64,000 bases of DNA from the NCBI RefSeq assembly GCF_018977255.1, contig NW_024704742.1, positions 67,396,001-67,460,000 of the forward strand, given 5' to 3'. This stretch comes from Callorhinchus milii. Its lineage: Eukaryota. This document shows positions 39,301-52,329 of this stretch, one piece after another (position 1 is the first letter of the stretch; every line of letters begins with the position of its first letter). The position numbers and the translations under genes are program-made. The notes below the pieces were generated by a model that saw only the letters and a list, made by a program, of their open reading frames with translations, did not search any database and was not told the DNA's origin.

Positions 39301-39667
39301 ACTCCATGTTACAATGACTGAGGATAAAACAAGGGAAACAAACACACAGAGGGAAATACAGAGAGAAACCCGTGCAACAGACCGGAGGCTTATTTGTCTG
39401 GAGTTGAGCAGGCCGTATCTGCCTGATAACTAAATCACGGTGAGGATGATAATCCTTGAATTTGATACAGTGCCTTGTCACAAAATCTGGACGATTCGAA
39501 GCACTTTACAGGATTTACTGCAAAGGTTAGTGACCGTGTGTTTTGTAGGCAAACTTGCCCAATTTGTGCACAGCAATGTCCCATAAACAGCCATGGAGTG
39601 AGTGATCAATTTTATTTGGGGATTGTTGGCCAGGACACCAGGAGAAACTCTCTTCTCTTTTCAAATA

Positions 39668-39990
39668 CAACAGCAACAACTTGCATTTATATGGCGCCCT
39701 TCAGATGGGGCAGCGACTCAGAGCACTCGACAGTGGCGGATCATTGACGCCGAGCCGGGGAGAGTGAGGAGGTGATCCTATACACGGTGGAAGAGGAAAA
39801 TCTTCAGTCATGATCTGAAAGAAGGGAAGGAGGGGCAAGGTGGAGAGATTGAGGGAGAGAGTTCCAAAATTACGGTGTCACGGCTGAAAGTGCGGCTGCC
39901 AATGCTGGAATGGAGGGGATGGACAGTAGGAGGCCAGAGTCAGTTTAGCGGAGGCAGTGGGTAGTGACGTGGGGAGAAAGATGGTCAGAA
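39668..39990 (-). mobile_element. L2 3' fragment nested in a Deu-SINE
   Basis: caacagcaacaacttgcatttatatggcgccc is the reversed L2 tail. Confidence 0.75.
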
Positions 39991-40039
39991 AGATGTGGAG
40001 CACCTTGGGAACTTTAATATCCATCTAGTACAGAGCAGA

Positions 40040-43000
40040 GGCTTATTTGCTGCTATCCAGCAGCAGCCACACTGATTGCCCCATTCCCCACCACACTCTC
40101 CAGCCACCCCGGACACAGACCCGGGGAGCCAACCTCTCCTCCCTCATCCCCATCCCCCCACTCCTGCTCCACAACCTGGATTCCCCTCCCTCCCCAAACA
40201 CCCTTCTGTCAACCGCTCCCTCCACATCGGACTACAAAACGTCTGCTCCCTCAGTAATAAGGCCCTGGTCATCAACGATCTCATCCTTGATGAGAGCGTT
40301 GACACCATGGCCTTAACTAAAACCTGGCTCACCCCAAGCGACACCTTCCCACTCACGGAGGCCACACCACACGGCTACAACTCCCATCACATCCCTCGCC
40401 CCAACCACCAAGTGGTGAGGCCCTTATCTCAACGACACCACTTGCCCTATCCCCCTAATCCTCTGGCTCTTTCCCCTCTTTTGAGCACCTCACCCTCTCC
40501 CACCCCTCCCATCTCTCACTCAAAATTCTCCTCCTCTACCGGCCCCCTAAAACCTCTCCCACCTTCATCTCCGATATTTCTACCCTCCTAACATCTCTCT
40601 GCCTCTGCTCTGATCGCCTCATCATCCTGGGCGACTTCAACCTGCACTTCACCCCCTCCTGCTCCATCTCCTCGGACTTCTCCTTCTTCCTCTCCTCGCT
40701 TAACCTCTCCCTCCACATCAACTCCACCACTCACATTCACGGCCATCCACTCGATTTGGTGATCACCCGGGGCCTCAGTGTCTCGGATGTCACCATTACC
40801 GACAAGGCCATCTCTGATCACCACTTCATCTCCTTCACCACCTCCACCCCACTCCCTACCTCCACCAGACCCACCACCATCTTCTACCGCCCTGGAAGAA
40901 GTTACCCCCACAATCCCTAACCGCTGCCTTGGAGTCCTCTGAACTCCTCTCCCTCTGGCCTTCAACCCTCACTGACCCCTCTTCTGCTCTCACCCTCCTC
41001 CACAACACCCTCTCCTCCACACTCGACACTCTTGCCCCCATCACCTCCCGTACTGTCTCTTACTCTCGCTCCTCCCCCTGGTTCACCACCCACCTCCGCT
41101 CACTGAAGAGCCAGGTGTGGGCCGCTGAACGCACCTGTGTCAAATCTGGCCTAACGGTCCACCAACAAATCTGGCTGGACCTCCTCAAAATCTACCGCTC
41201 CACTCTAGCCTCGGCCAAGTCGTCTTTCTACTCCAGGATAATCCTGGAGGCGAAGAACGACCCCAGGCTTCTGTTCTCCACCACATCCCGACTCCTCCAT
41301 CCTCCCCGCCACCCCGCGCAGGTCATCTCCTCCAACCTCCACTGCGAGGAGATGCTGGATTTCCTTGAATCCAAAATCAATGGAATCCGCTCCGCGGTCA
41401 CTGCCCCTCCAACTTCCACCCACCCCCCACCCCTTCCCTCCCACACTCCGACTCCTACACACCTTCGAACCCGTTTCCCCACCCTCTGTCACCAAACTCA
41501 CCCTGTCCTTGAAGCCCACCACCTGCTCCCTCGACCCCATCCCCACTCCACTCCACTCCTTATCTCCCAGCTCCACCTCCTTGCCCCACTTCTCACAGAC
41601 ACTATTAACCTGTCCCTCTCCTCTGGCTCTGTTCCCATTCCCCTCAAAACTGCCACCATCACTCTCCCACATTGAAAAAACCCTCCCTTGATGCGTCGCA
41701 GCTGTTAAGCTACCGGCCCATCTCCAACCTCCCCTTCCTGTCCAAGGTTCTCGAAAGAGTCATCACCTCCCAGCTGCGCTCTTTCCTCTCCACCCGCTCA
41801 CTTTTCGAACCCCACCAGTCGGGTTTCCGTGCTGCCCATAGCACAGAAGCTGCCCTGGTCAAGGTCACCAATGACATCTTGACCATCTGCGACCAGGGCT
41901 CCCTCTGCTTCCTCGTCCTTCTCGACCTATCGGCCGCATTCAATGCGGTCGACCACTCTATCCTCCCCCACTGCTTGTTCTCCCACCTCAATCTTCAAGG
42001 CCCTGTCCTCTCCCACCGTCTTCATTTTGTCTCTGCAAATGGCTTTTCCTCCAGCCCCCGCACTGTCTCATGCGGTGTCCCTCAGGGCTCTGTCCTCGGT
42101 CCCCTCCTCTTCACCCTCTATATGCTCCCCCTTGTTGACATCATCCGCAGACATGGGGTTAACTTCCACATGTATGCGGATGACACCCAACTCTACCTTT
42201 CATCTTCTACCCCCAACTCCACGACCACCGATGTCCTGACAGTCTGCCTGTCCGACATCGAGTCCTGGACTAGAGACAACTTTCTTCAGCTCAATGTGCA
42301 CAAAACTGAGGCCCTCCTGATTGGCTCACGTCAGCGCCTCCGCACCTCAGGCGCTGACAGCATCAGCATCCAAGGCTGCACTCTCCACCTCTCAAAGCCA
42401 TCAGGAACCTCGGGGTTCTGTTCGACCCTGAGCTGCCCTTTCTTCCCCACATCCGCGCCACAGCTGGCACTGCCTTCCATCACCTCCGGAACATCGCCAG
42501 ACTACGGCACTACCTCACCCCTCACGCTGCTGAAACACTGGTCCACGCCTTTATCACCTCAAGGCTGGACTACGGGAACTCTCTCCTCATCGGCCTTCCC
42601 GGCACCTCCCTCCACAAGCTGCAGGTCATTCAGAACTCTGCAGCCCATGTACTGTCCCGCAACAGGCTACGCTACCACATCACTCCCACCCTCGCTCGCC
42701 TCCACTGGATTCCCCAGAGGATCGAATTCAAGATCCTCATCCTCACCTACAAGGCCATTCACGGCCTTGCACCCTCCTACCTCTCCGACCTACTATCCCC
42801 CCACGTACCTGTCCATACCCTCCGTTCCTCTGGCTCCGGTCTGCTCCACATCCCCCGCCCTAACTGCCCTACCATCGGTGGCCGGGCTCTCAGCCTCTCA
42901 GCCCCGAGGCTCTGGAACTCCATCCCCCAGTGCCTTCGCCGCTTCCTCCCTTTCCTCCTTCAAGGCCGGTCTCAAGACCTTTCTCTTCAACTGTGCCTTC

Positions 43001-43165
43001 AACTCCCCTCTGGACTTTCTACCCCCTTCTCGCTCCCTCCCTTCCCTCCCCTCACCCTGACCATTTCCCCCCTGCTCAGGTCCCGACCCAACTGTCCAGA
43101 GCCTTGGAACATCCTCCCAACATGAAAGGCGCTCTATAAATGCAATCTTGTTGTTGTTGTTGTAG
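40040..43165 (+). mobile_element. L2-clade LINE, near-complete ORF2 (APE endonuclease + reverse transcriptase), inactivated by frameshifts
   Basis: APE motifs GLQNVCSL, ALTKTWL, YRPP, ILGDFN, GHPLDL, SDH. RT motifs YRPISNLPFLSKVLE, QSGFR, LDLSAAF, GVPQGSVLGPLLF, YADDTQLY. The motifs are spread over several frames. 3' tail gaaaggcgctctataaatgcaatc(ttg)n. Confidence 0.95.
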
Positions 43166-43834
43166 TAGGGCAGATGGAACCTCGGTTTGACGTCTGATCC
43201 AAAGGAAGGCTCCTCTAACAGTGCAGAGCGCACCTTCAGCTCTGCACTGGAGTGTTAGCCTGGACTATGAGTTCAAAGTCCCAATGTGGAGCTTGATTTT
43301 TAACGCACAGCTTGTAAACGTCAATTGTTTGGTATGATGAGGAAACTGAGAACTACAGCTACATATTTTGGCCCCTTTTCTAGAGAAAGAGAAGTAGCGA
43401 TGCCAGGCCAGGAAGACAAAGTTTCCATTAATTTTCAGTGATAATTTTTTTAAAAATCACCTTTGATCCAACATTGAGACAATGAGGTTGTTGCAGTAAT
43501 GTAAACAGAGAACTTCATTCCTGTTCCTAATAATTACCCCATACTCATGTGCAATACTGCACTCCAAATACAACTGTCTTACTTCCTCGGTCAGATTACC
43601 CCCAAAAGACATGACTTGTTGCTGAGCTTCACATTCTCAAACAGAAATGCCAAGTTAAACAGGACCGGCACCAACCATGAGGAAATGTATCAAAGTCATT
43701 GGCTATGAATTTGAACAGAGGCTTGTTTTTGTCTGACTTGTCTTTATTGGACTCCACTGTTCTTTTCTCAACATAGTGCACTAAGCCAAGCACTCCTCCT
43801 GCCCTGTCCAACAGTGTTAAACTCAGCATTCTTG

Positions 43835-44100
43835 CGTATATATGTGTGTGTGTGCGTGTATGTATGTATGTATGTATGTATGTATGTATGTGTGTGTGTG
43901 TGTATGTGTGTGTGTGTGTCTATGTATGTATCCATTTACGTAAGGATATGAATGGCATGTTTATATGTGTAATGTATTTATACATGTGTATGTGATATGT
44001 GTGTGTGTCTCTATGTCTGTGACCTGTGTGTCTCTATGTGTGTGATATCTGTGTATGTGTGTTTATGCCTGTGGTGTATATATCTGCATGTGGGTATGTT
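43835..44100. repeat. (TG)n/(TATG)n microsatellite
   Basis: Directly visible. Confidence 0.95.
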
Positions 44101-44567
44101 TCCTTTGTGTACACTGGAACACAGAATCATCCTGCTTCCAGGATTAACAAGCCAGCAAGCATGACCATTGTTGGGAAAGGAGCATGAGCACAGATTGGGG
44201 AGAAGTTTTGGAACCGGGTGTCACATTCCTACCAGCCCCCAGCTTCCTATTTCAAACAACATCCTGGCCTAAAACCTCCCTGGATTCTCTGAGCGAAGCT
44301 TCCTTTAGCTTCACACAATGGCACATTTCTTTCAGCGCTGCAATACTTTCCACTTCTGGAGCGCGCGGGAGGGAACGAGCTCGCTTCTCTTTCTCTGAGG
44401 CAAATCTTTGTAAAAGACCAACTGGTCCCCACTCACACAACATCGACCACAATGTTATTTTAGACAGATTAAAAACACTCTCAATACACCCCATGCCGAG
44501 GCATGGCAAGTGGCACGTATTCAAGCACAGGAGGCAACCAAACCACGACTTGACAGATATAAACTAG

Positions 44568-44972
44568 TGCTGTGGTAGCGCTCTTGCCTCTGAATCAGAA
44601 GGTTGTGTGTTCAAGCCCGACATCGGGACTTGGAATCACATAGTCTAAGCTGTCGCTCCAATGCAGTGCTGGGGGGTGTTGCATTGTCAGAGGTGCCGTC
44701 CTTCATATGAGATGTTAAACCATCTGCCTGTTCAGGTGGATGTTAAAGATCCGACGGTGCTATTCGAAAACAGAAGGGAGTTTCTTCTGGTGACCTGGCC
44801 AACAATCCCGAAATAAAATTAGTCACTCACTCCATGGCTGTTTGTGGGGCATTGCTATGCACAAACTGGCTGCGCGTTTCACCTACAAAATACAGCTACA
44901 CTTTACAGTAAAGTGCTTTGAGACGTCTCAATGATGTGATAAGGTCCTATATCAAATATAAGGATTATTATA
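44568..44972 (+). mobile_element. Near full-length Deu-SINE
   Basis: ggtagcgctcttgcctctgaatcagaagg head; canonical core gcattgtcagaggtgccgtccttcatatgagatgttaaacc. Confidence 0.92.
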
Positions 44973-45449
44973 AAGGCCTGAGGAATGGGATTATGAGTTG
45001 TCTCTGCCAGGCATGTCAAATGTCCTCTAAAGAGCAGATCACGCCATTGCAACACTTAAGAGCCACAATGACTTCCTTTGTTGGCTTGAATACTCACAAT
45101 TTTAAAACCATCGAAACTCATTACGCAAACCCTCTGCTGAAATGTAACCTTGTCCCAGTTTATCAGTCAAAGCACTTGAGCCAATGACAGCACCTTGGAA
45201 TGATAGTAGTCTCTGGCAGTCAACGTATTCTATGAAGCCAACGCTGGTGGTGTTTTTATTGTTTGGAAAAAAAACCTCCCTGCCGCCAAAATGCATACTC
45301 TTAAACCGTGCAGCAAAACTAGAGCATATTAATAAGAATTTAAGGAATGCAGCATAATCGGTCACTGCGGACACAGATAAAATGTTAATGTCCGGCTTGT
45401 ACTTAAGCCCTTCGGGCTTTTTCTCTAGCGAGTGGGGATTCAGTAAAAA

Positions 45450-46314
45450 TCCTTGGATTTTTGCATTGCCTTATTGTGTTGAGACGTCTCAAAGTGCTTT
45501 GCAAGCAATTACTGTCAAATGCAGTGAGTTGTTTTTGTAGGCGAACCGACAGCTATTTGTTTGCTTCAGCAAGATCCCACAAATAGCCATGAAGGTGAGA
45601 TGAATGGGCAGATGGATCAGGAAGTCAGGGGTAACAATAATAATTCTTGCATTTTATACAGCACCTTATCACGTCATTGACACGTTTCAAAGCGCTTCAC
45701 AGGTAAATGCCGAATTGTAAAGTGTAAAATGTTAAGTGAATTTACAGTATATATTGTGGGCGAAACGCGTCAGCCAACAGTCGTGCATTGTGTGAACAAT
45801 TTTTTTTTGGAGTAGAAATTGATGGCAGGTCATCAGGAGAAAGTCCCTTCTTTTCATTGTCCTGTACAGGCAGATTGGAACCTTGGTTTAACATCTCACC
45901 CAAAAGAGTCTGAGAACACCAGGGCATGTCAGTAAACTGTGATCAAGTTTTTAAAGCTCTTGGGAAATAATAATAATCCTTGCATCTGATATAGTGCCTT
46001 ATCACTTCATCGAGACATCTCAAAGCGCTTCACAGGATATACTGTAAAGTGGTTTTAACCGTGTTTTGTGGCAGGCAGTTTTGTACAGGAGTGGCCTACC
46101 ATTTTATTTGGGGATTTGTTGGCCAGGACACCAGGAGAAACTTCCTTCTCTTTTCAATCATTGCCATGGGATCCTTAACGTCCACCTAAACAGGCAGACA
46201 GGACCTCGGTTTCATGTCTCATCCAAAGCAGGGCACCTCTGACAATGTAACATTGCCCTGGAGTGTCAGCTTAGACTATGTGATTCCATGTGCCAATGTG
46301 GGATTTGAACCCAA

Positions 46315-46347
<33 letters not shown>

Positions 46348-46355
46348 GCCAGGCA
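45450..46355 (-). mobile_element. Three tandem minus-strand SINE copies; the last (45967-46355) is a full-length Deu-SINE
   Basis: Three reversed tails at ~45455, ~45640 and ~45970. Confidence 0.85.
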
Positions 46356-47952
46356 GTGTGTAGGTATTCAATGTGTGAATAGTCGTTCATTGGCCACTGG
46401 ACTCATTTACTCAACAGCGTGGAACCCAGCTCCACGAACACTGAGAAAACCAAAGTCTCAGCCCATTTCATACATGAATAAAACTCACACCCTCCAGCAG
46501 AGAGTAGACTTACTCTGTTTTTAGCCTTTCAGAAAGTGCACTGACTGGCAAATTCTTGAACAGAGCCTGAAGTTTGAAGCCCGTTATCTGTATAGTTCTT
46601 TAAATTCAGGATCCACTAAAATTTTAAGAAAATAGAATGAAATTTTATAATTAACTCCACAGGAAAGTGTGATAGGACTCAGTTCAATACACTGAGCTCC
46701 AAGACTTCTTAGGGTGCTGTTGCCTTTAAGATCATCATATTAAGCACTCCGAGATGCTACCCTGTGTGAACGGCCCTATATTAAAGCAAGTTGCTGTGGT
46801 TTTTGTTTCGAAATTTCAGATTTTGCAGAATTTCCGAAAATCTTTGAAACTCGGCCTTAAATTGAAGACCATCTCTTAAAGAGAAGTGTGGAAAACCGGC
46901 TTCCAAATAACGATTGAATTTAACAAATTTCCAAAGTTCTGAGGGGAGAAAACATTCAATTTTTGGAGAACTGTTTGAAGGCTGAGACCATGAGAAATGT
47001 AAGGCCTCTTTCTCTTTTTCCCAATGTTTCTGATTTTTAACCTTACTAGTTCATCCATGCACTGATATTGTTGCTTTTGGTGTCTGACACATGGGGAAAT
47101 CCATCACCATACTTACAAACCAGTTTCCAAACCAAATCATTTGAGAGTTTTCATCGTGCACAGTTTTCCAGTGTCAGGAATGGAATGCAAGCTCTCTCCC
47201 CGGAGTGATGCACCCTGCTTACTGAATCCCAGAGAGTGTTAAATGAAGATAGACAAGTTTTAGGGACCCTAGAGTGTGGCAAATGTTTAACAAGCTTTGC
47301 TGAACATTGACTGGCAAGCTTTGTCATTGCTTATCCATCTAGGACCACCCTATCCGTTTGGGCTTTAGCTTGCAGGGATAACAGAAGCAGTGTGACGAAT
47401 AAATGAAATACATTGACAAGTAGGCCCTTATTTTTTTATTTATACAGGTGGTGGAGCAAAAAGCTACCAAGAATACTTCAAAAAGGACCTAAGACAAGTA
47501 TCTTGGAATTTACAACAATTCAGGGTTATTAGATGATGGGGTAGATGTTTCAAAGGAAGGAACCTCCTGAGATGCTGAATAAGTAGATTCAGTGGATGAA
47601 TGGTCCACTCTTGCCTGAAACTGTTACTAAGCTACAACTCCAGCCAAGACTGGATATTACAAGCCCAGGCAGACAAAACAAAGTCTCTCTTGTCAGAGAT
47701 TGGTTTGAATGAGTTCCTCTACAGCCATGTAATTGAGGGTGAGTTAGGACCAGGGAAAATATTGTTATAATGTGAGTTTTATAGCAGTGAGTGAGACTGA
47801 TGGTAATGAGGTTAGACTATTTACTGCCAGAAATAGTCCTCTCAAACAGAGGTTTCAGGAATTCTGTGGAGCTTATTATGGTCACCAGGTGCTACTTTGC
47901 TCTTATCAATTTGTAGAGCTGATGGCATTCTTTAAAAGCGAGATCAATACAT

Positions 47953-48335
47953 AATAATAATTCTTACATTTGGTACAGCACCTTTCACATCAGGAGGACA
48001 TCCCAAAGCCTTCACAGGATATACTGCAAAGTGCAATGACTGTGTGTTTTGTGGACAAACGCGGCAGGTAATTTGCGCACAGCACTGTCCCAAAGGCAGC
48101 TATGAAGTGAATGATCACTTTTATCCGGGGCATTGTTGGCCAGGACACCTGAAGGAACTCTCTTCTCTTTTGAAATAGTACCATGGGATCTTTAATGTAC
48201 ACCCGAGTCCTCTCGCTTGCGAGGTGAGTGCGCTAACCAATACGTTACAAGTCTTTCAACAACAATAAGAATGACAACGACAAATTGAATTTAGATAGTG
48301 CCTTTCACGTCAGCAGGACACTCCAAGGCACTGGG
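47953..48335 (-). mobile_element. Deu-SINE 3' part, CORE-like SINE head and L2 tail
   Basis: Reversed tail and core; cctctcgcttgcgaggtgagtgcgctaacca head piece at ~48210. Confidence 0.75.
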
Positions 48336-48854
48336 CGTTCCTACAACGCAAAATCGGGTAGCAATTGTGGAAAATGTTGGCTTTGATTTTGAAACCAGTG
48401 TGTATTTTTTCTGAGTTCAGCTCCGAAAAAGAAAACCAGCTTTCGAATCAAGACCAAAGTTAAGAATGTTTCCACGATCCTGCACCTCAGGAGTCCAAAC
48501 CACAGAGAGGTAGACAGTCAACGGTCTCAGTTTCCGAACAATCTGGGGAAGCAATCAATCCCCCTCGTGTAGCGTTCAAAGTGTAACCATCACCACCACC
48601 TTTAACTGCTTTTCAAGGCTAATATTTGGGAAAGGGGAGCACATGCTTTTGATGAAACAGGAAAGATATTGTCACCGGGGCCAAAATCATCTTAGCTGTT
48701 TCCCTACTTTGGCAAGGAGCCACTGATGTCGTTCCCAGGCAGGAAAATGTACACGTCCTGCATCCATCTCACTTATCATCATCTGTGCTGGAGTATAAAT
48801 CACATGGTAAGCCAACTGTGCCTGGGTTAAGCCATCAGCATCTTCGATATCATG

Positions 48855-49180
48855 CTCCCTCCACTCGTCAGGCTCCATGTCTCCCATCTGACCTGCCCTA
48901 CCATCAGTGGCCGGGCTTTCAGCCTCTCTGCCCCCACACTCTGGAACTCCATCCCGCAGTCTCTTTACCTCGCTTCCTCCCTCGTCTCCTTCAAGGCCGG
49001 TCTCAAGACCCTTCTCTTTGACCGTTCCTTTGGTCGCCCTCCTACCTCTCTGCCTTCCCTCCCCACTACACCACCCCTCCCCCATGTGCGGGCCCTGACA
49101 TCTAACTGTTCAGCACCTTGGGACGTCCTCCCAACATGAAAGGCGCTCTATAAATGCAATTTTGTTGTTGTTGTTTTTGT
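48855..49180 (+). mobile_element. L2 3' fragment
   Basis: GRAFSLSAPTLWNSIP...FKAGLKTLLF followed by the L2 tail. Confidence 0.88.
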
Positions 49181-49224
49181 TGCAGATCCTACCCAATGAG
49201 GAATAGTATCAAGCCTCAGTGTCT

Positions 49225-49567
49225 GGAGACCTGTAGTGTATTGGTTAGAGCACTCGCCTCACAAGCCAGAGAACCTGGGTTCGATTCCCGGGTGAGGCAA
49301 AACCTTAGGCAAGTTTCTTTACTCTAAACGCCTGTTTTCCTATCAGTTAGTAGGAATCCAGTTATTAGTCAATTGGCGGATCGCTTCTAAGTTAATAATG
49401 CCTCAAAAAATATTGGGTCACTCAATCTACTGCTTTTTGTGGGACACTGCCATGCACAATTGGCTGCTGAGTTTCGCTCACAAAATACACAGTCAATCCA
49501 CTTCACAGCATATTCCATGACAGAGATGCCTCAGCAATGTGATCAAATGCATGGATTATTATTATAA
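49225..49567 (+). mobile_element. Full-length tRNA-Ala/CORE-like SINE
   Basis: A box tagtgtattgg, perfect B box ggttcgattcc, CORE-like body, shared 3' half. Confidence 0.9.
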
Positions 49568-49579
49568 TCTGCAAGCAGG

Positions 49580-50003
49580 GTGTCAACCTGACTCAGTCAG
49601 TGGCACTCTCGCCTCCAAGTCTCAAAGGATGTGGGTTCAAGCTCCTCATTGGGGCTTTGAGCTCATATAATTTGGGCTATGCTGGTGTTGCATTGCATTG
49701 TCAGAGGTGCCAACCTTCAGATGACGACATTAAACCGAAGCCCAGTCACCTGTTTAGGAACGCTAAAGAAGACATGGCACTAGTTAAGAAGGGAGTTTCT
49801 CCTGCTGTCCTGGCCAACTAATCCCCTCAGATAAAATCGGCCATCCACTTCATGGCTTTGGTGAGACAATGCTGCATGCAAATTGGCTGCTGTGTTCGCC
49901 TACAAATACACAGTTACTACACTTTACAGTGAAATCCTGTGAAGTACTTTTAGAGATCTTGACGACATGAGAAGGCGCTGTAGCAAATGCAAAGATTATT
50001 ATT
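49580..50003 (+). mobile_element. Full-length Deu-SINE
   Basis: gtcaacctgactcagtcagtggcactctcgcc head through the tail. Confidence 0.88.
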
Positions 50004-50989
50004 TGGGTGCCATTTGTGGTATTTCTTAAAATAACTCCTAACGTAAAATCCAAGTTGCACGGATGGAGACTCCTTCCAGTAAATCCCTTCTGTTTTCAAG
50101 CAGCCCCATGCTCTCTCCCCATCTCTCTTCAGTCATAAAACTACATCTGCATTAATAATCTGTTTTTGTAATTTACACAAACATGGGAGTCGTGCACTTG
50201 TCAAAGAAACTGGTTTATTGCTCAGGGATACTCAGCTCATCAGTGGCACAGTTGGAGTCCGTTCTGGCCTCAAAAGCCCTGAATCTGTAAATCACAGGGA
50301 ACAAGCTTTTACAGTTAGGCTGTATTTCTTCTAAATTTATCAACCTTTTACTTCTGAAAATGCCAGATCTGTCTCCTGCTCCTATCAATGGCAAATGTCG
50401 AATGGATTCATGGGGAAAGAATTAATAACTCAGGCAAAAAAAAATCCTTATCTGCATCTGATAAAAAAGAAATAATCTTTTCGATGGGACTCTGGATCTG
50501 ACTCGGAGCCATAATTGCAGATTTCAGACACAAACTGGATTGTATATCGGGTGATTTTCAAAGCATTTATCAAAAGCTTATGGTGGAAAGCATGATTATT
50601 TTTTTTAATGAGTGCAACAGCTCGTTCATTCAAAACAAACCCTGTTCAAAGCAAACTAGAAAGATACAGGCTTACAGCATAGACACGTCTATGTCTATGC
50701 TGAAAGAGTGATCTATTAAGTGCCATTTGCCTTTCAATACATTCCCCCCCCCAGTACAACAACAACAAATTACATTTGTACAGTGCTTTTCACGTCAGGA
50801 GGATGTCCCAAGGCGGATTTGGACCCGAGCAGGCTGTATATACCAAATAAATATACATATATACTTACCATATATATAATACCTCTGCAAATTACTCCTT
50901 TTTAATATATCTATCCAATTCCCTCTTGAAAAATAATATGGGTCCTGCCACCACCACAGCATCTGTGACTAATATGTTTTTTTTGTCCT

Positions 50990-51200
50990 TAATTCTTTCT
51001 CCTCTTCTCTGCCAATGGTACTGGCTCACGCTGAGGCTATGGTTCAGTGCCACTGGCAGCAATCTGGCACTTGGCTCATATGGTCACTCTTCATCTGAGA
51101 ACCAAAGATAGTGAGTGTTTGAGGCTGTTTGATGGCATCGCAGACAAGAACGATCCAATCTGCTACTTGGCATCCAAACACACACGCTCTTTCTAACACA
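50990..51200 (-). mobile_element. LF-SINE-like ancient SINE, 3' half
   Basis: Reverse strand reads gaaagagcgtgtgtgtttggatg...tgcgatgcc...acactcactatct...cagatgaagagtgacca...gagaagaggag. Confidence 0.68.
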
Positions 51201-51329
51201 ATGGAAAGCGGGCATGTTTGATTCTTTTGCCTCATGGCTGTTTGTGGGACATTCCTGTATGCAATCTGGCTGCAGTGTTCTCCGCAAAATTACACGCTCG
51301 CCAAATTTAAGAAATGAGCTTTATGACAA

Positions 51330-51680
51330 TGATATTCCTTGCATTGATGCAGCACATTATCGCGTCGTCGGACATCACAAAGCATTTCATAGGATTTTAT
51401 TGTTACGTGTAGTGACTGTGTATTTTGCAGGCTAATGCGGCAGCCAGTTTGCCAAAACGACGTCCCACAAACAGTCATTTAATGAATGACCACATTTTTT
51501 CAGGGGGGATTGTCGGGCAGGACACTGGGAGAAACTCTCATCTCTTTTCAAATAGCACCACGGGATCCTTAACATCTATATGAAAAGGCAGATGAGACTT
51601 CGGTTTAACATCTCATCCAAAGGACAGCACCTCCGACAATGGTAGTGTCAGCATAGACGAGCTCAAAATCTTGATGTGTC
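51330..51680 (-). mobile_element. Deu-SINE
   Basis: Reversed tail and Deu core. Confidence 0.85.
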
Positions 51681-51734
51681 TTTGAAGCACTTAATAATAT
51701 AATATAGTAATAATTATACTATTATTATGATACA

Positions 51735-51836
51735 TACTTACTTACGTATTACTACGTACTTACTTACTTACTTATTACTACGTACTTACGTACTTACTTA
51801 CGTACTTACTTACGTACTTACTTACGTACTTACTTA
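51735..51836. repeat. (TACT/TACG)n compound microsatellite
   Basis: Repeating tacttacgtacttact. Confidence 0.93.
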
Positions 51837-52329
51837 AAGGTTTAGTGAAGTTATAGGAGCCTCAGAAACTGCAAGAATTATTATTCTTAAACAGGACTCA
51901 AAACTGCGAGGTCACAGTTTAAACATGTGAGAGAATCTGTACCTGGAATCCAGAGCTCAGCTGATATCTGTATAAGGACAGCTCTGGTATTTGTGTATAA
52001 CTAAAGATAGAGTCAATAGATAAAAGGGGGTAGGGAGTGCAGCCCGCCAGCATTCTTCACCAGACAGCTTTTAATGGGTGCATGAAGCAAGGCTAGATGC
52101 TGGTGGGACAGGCAGCTGTCAGTGAAGATCAAAGAGGGGTAAGAAACTCCAGCAAACAAGGGGATGGGAGAGGCGCCATTTCACTTTTGTGTAAGATTCC
52201 TGGGATTTCTCCAGTCAGACACGGGCGGAATTACTGGTGGTGGGGGTAGTGGGTGGGGCGGGGTGGTGGGGGGTGGGCATGGGGGCAGGAGCTCATCAAG
52301 GCTTGGAGTTTCAAAGTAGACATGATTCT

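Larger units (their letters stand above)
39450..43295 (-). mobile_element. Deu-SINE split by two L2 insertions (pieces 39450-39667, ~39995-40040, 43168-43295)
   Basis: The three pieces join co-linearly into one reversed Deu-SINE. Confidence 0.75.

Noticed and set aside
41672..43060. 462-aa ORF as an intact reverse transcriptase gene
   Set aside because: It is part of a frameshifted L2; the C-terminal half is out of the ORF2 frame.
43530..43610. Possible FGFRL1 linker exon ending TGG G|gtaatt
   Set aside because: There is an in-frame TGA two codons upstream and no similarity to the linker.
49225..49297. tRNA-Ala-like sequences (also 24115, 31700, 53985)
   Set aside because: They are SINE heads: acceptor stems are degenerate and each runs directly into the SINE body.
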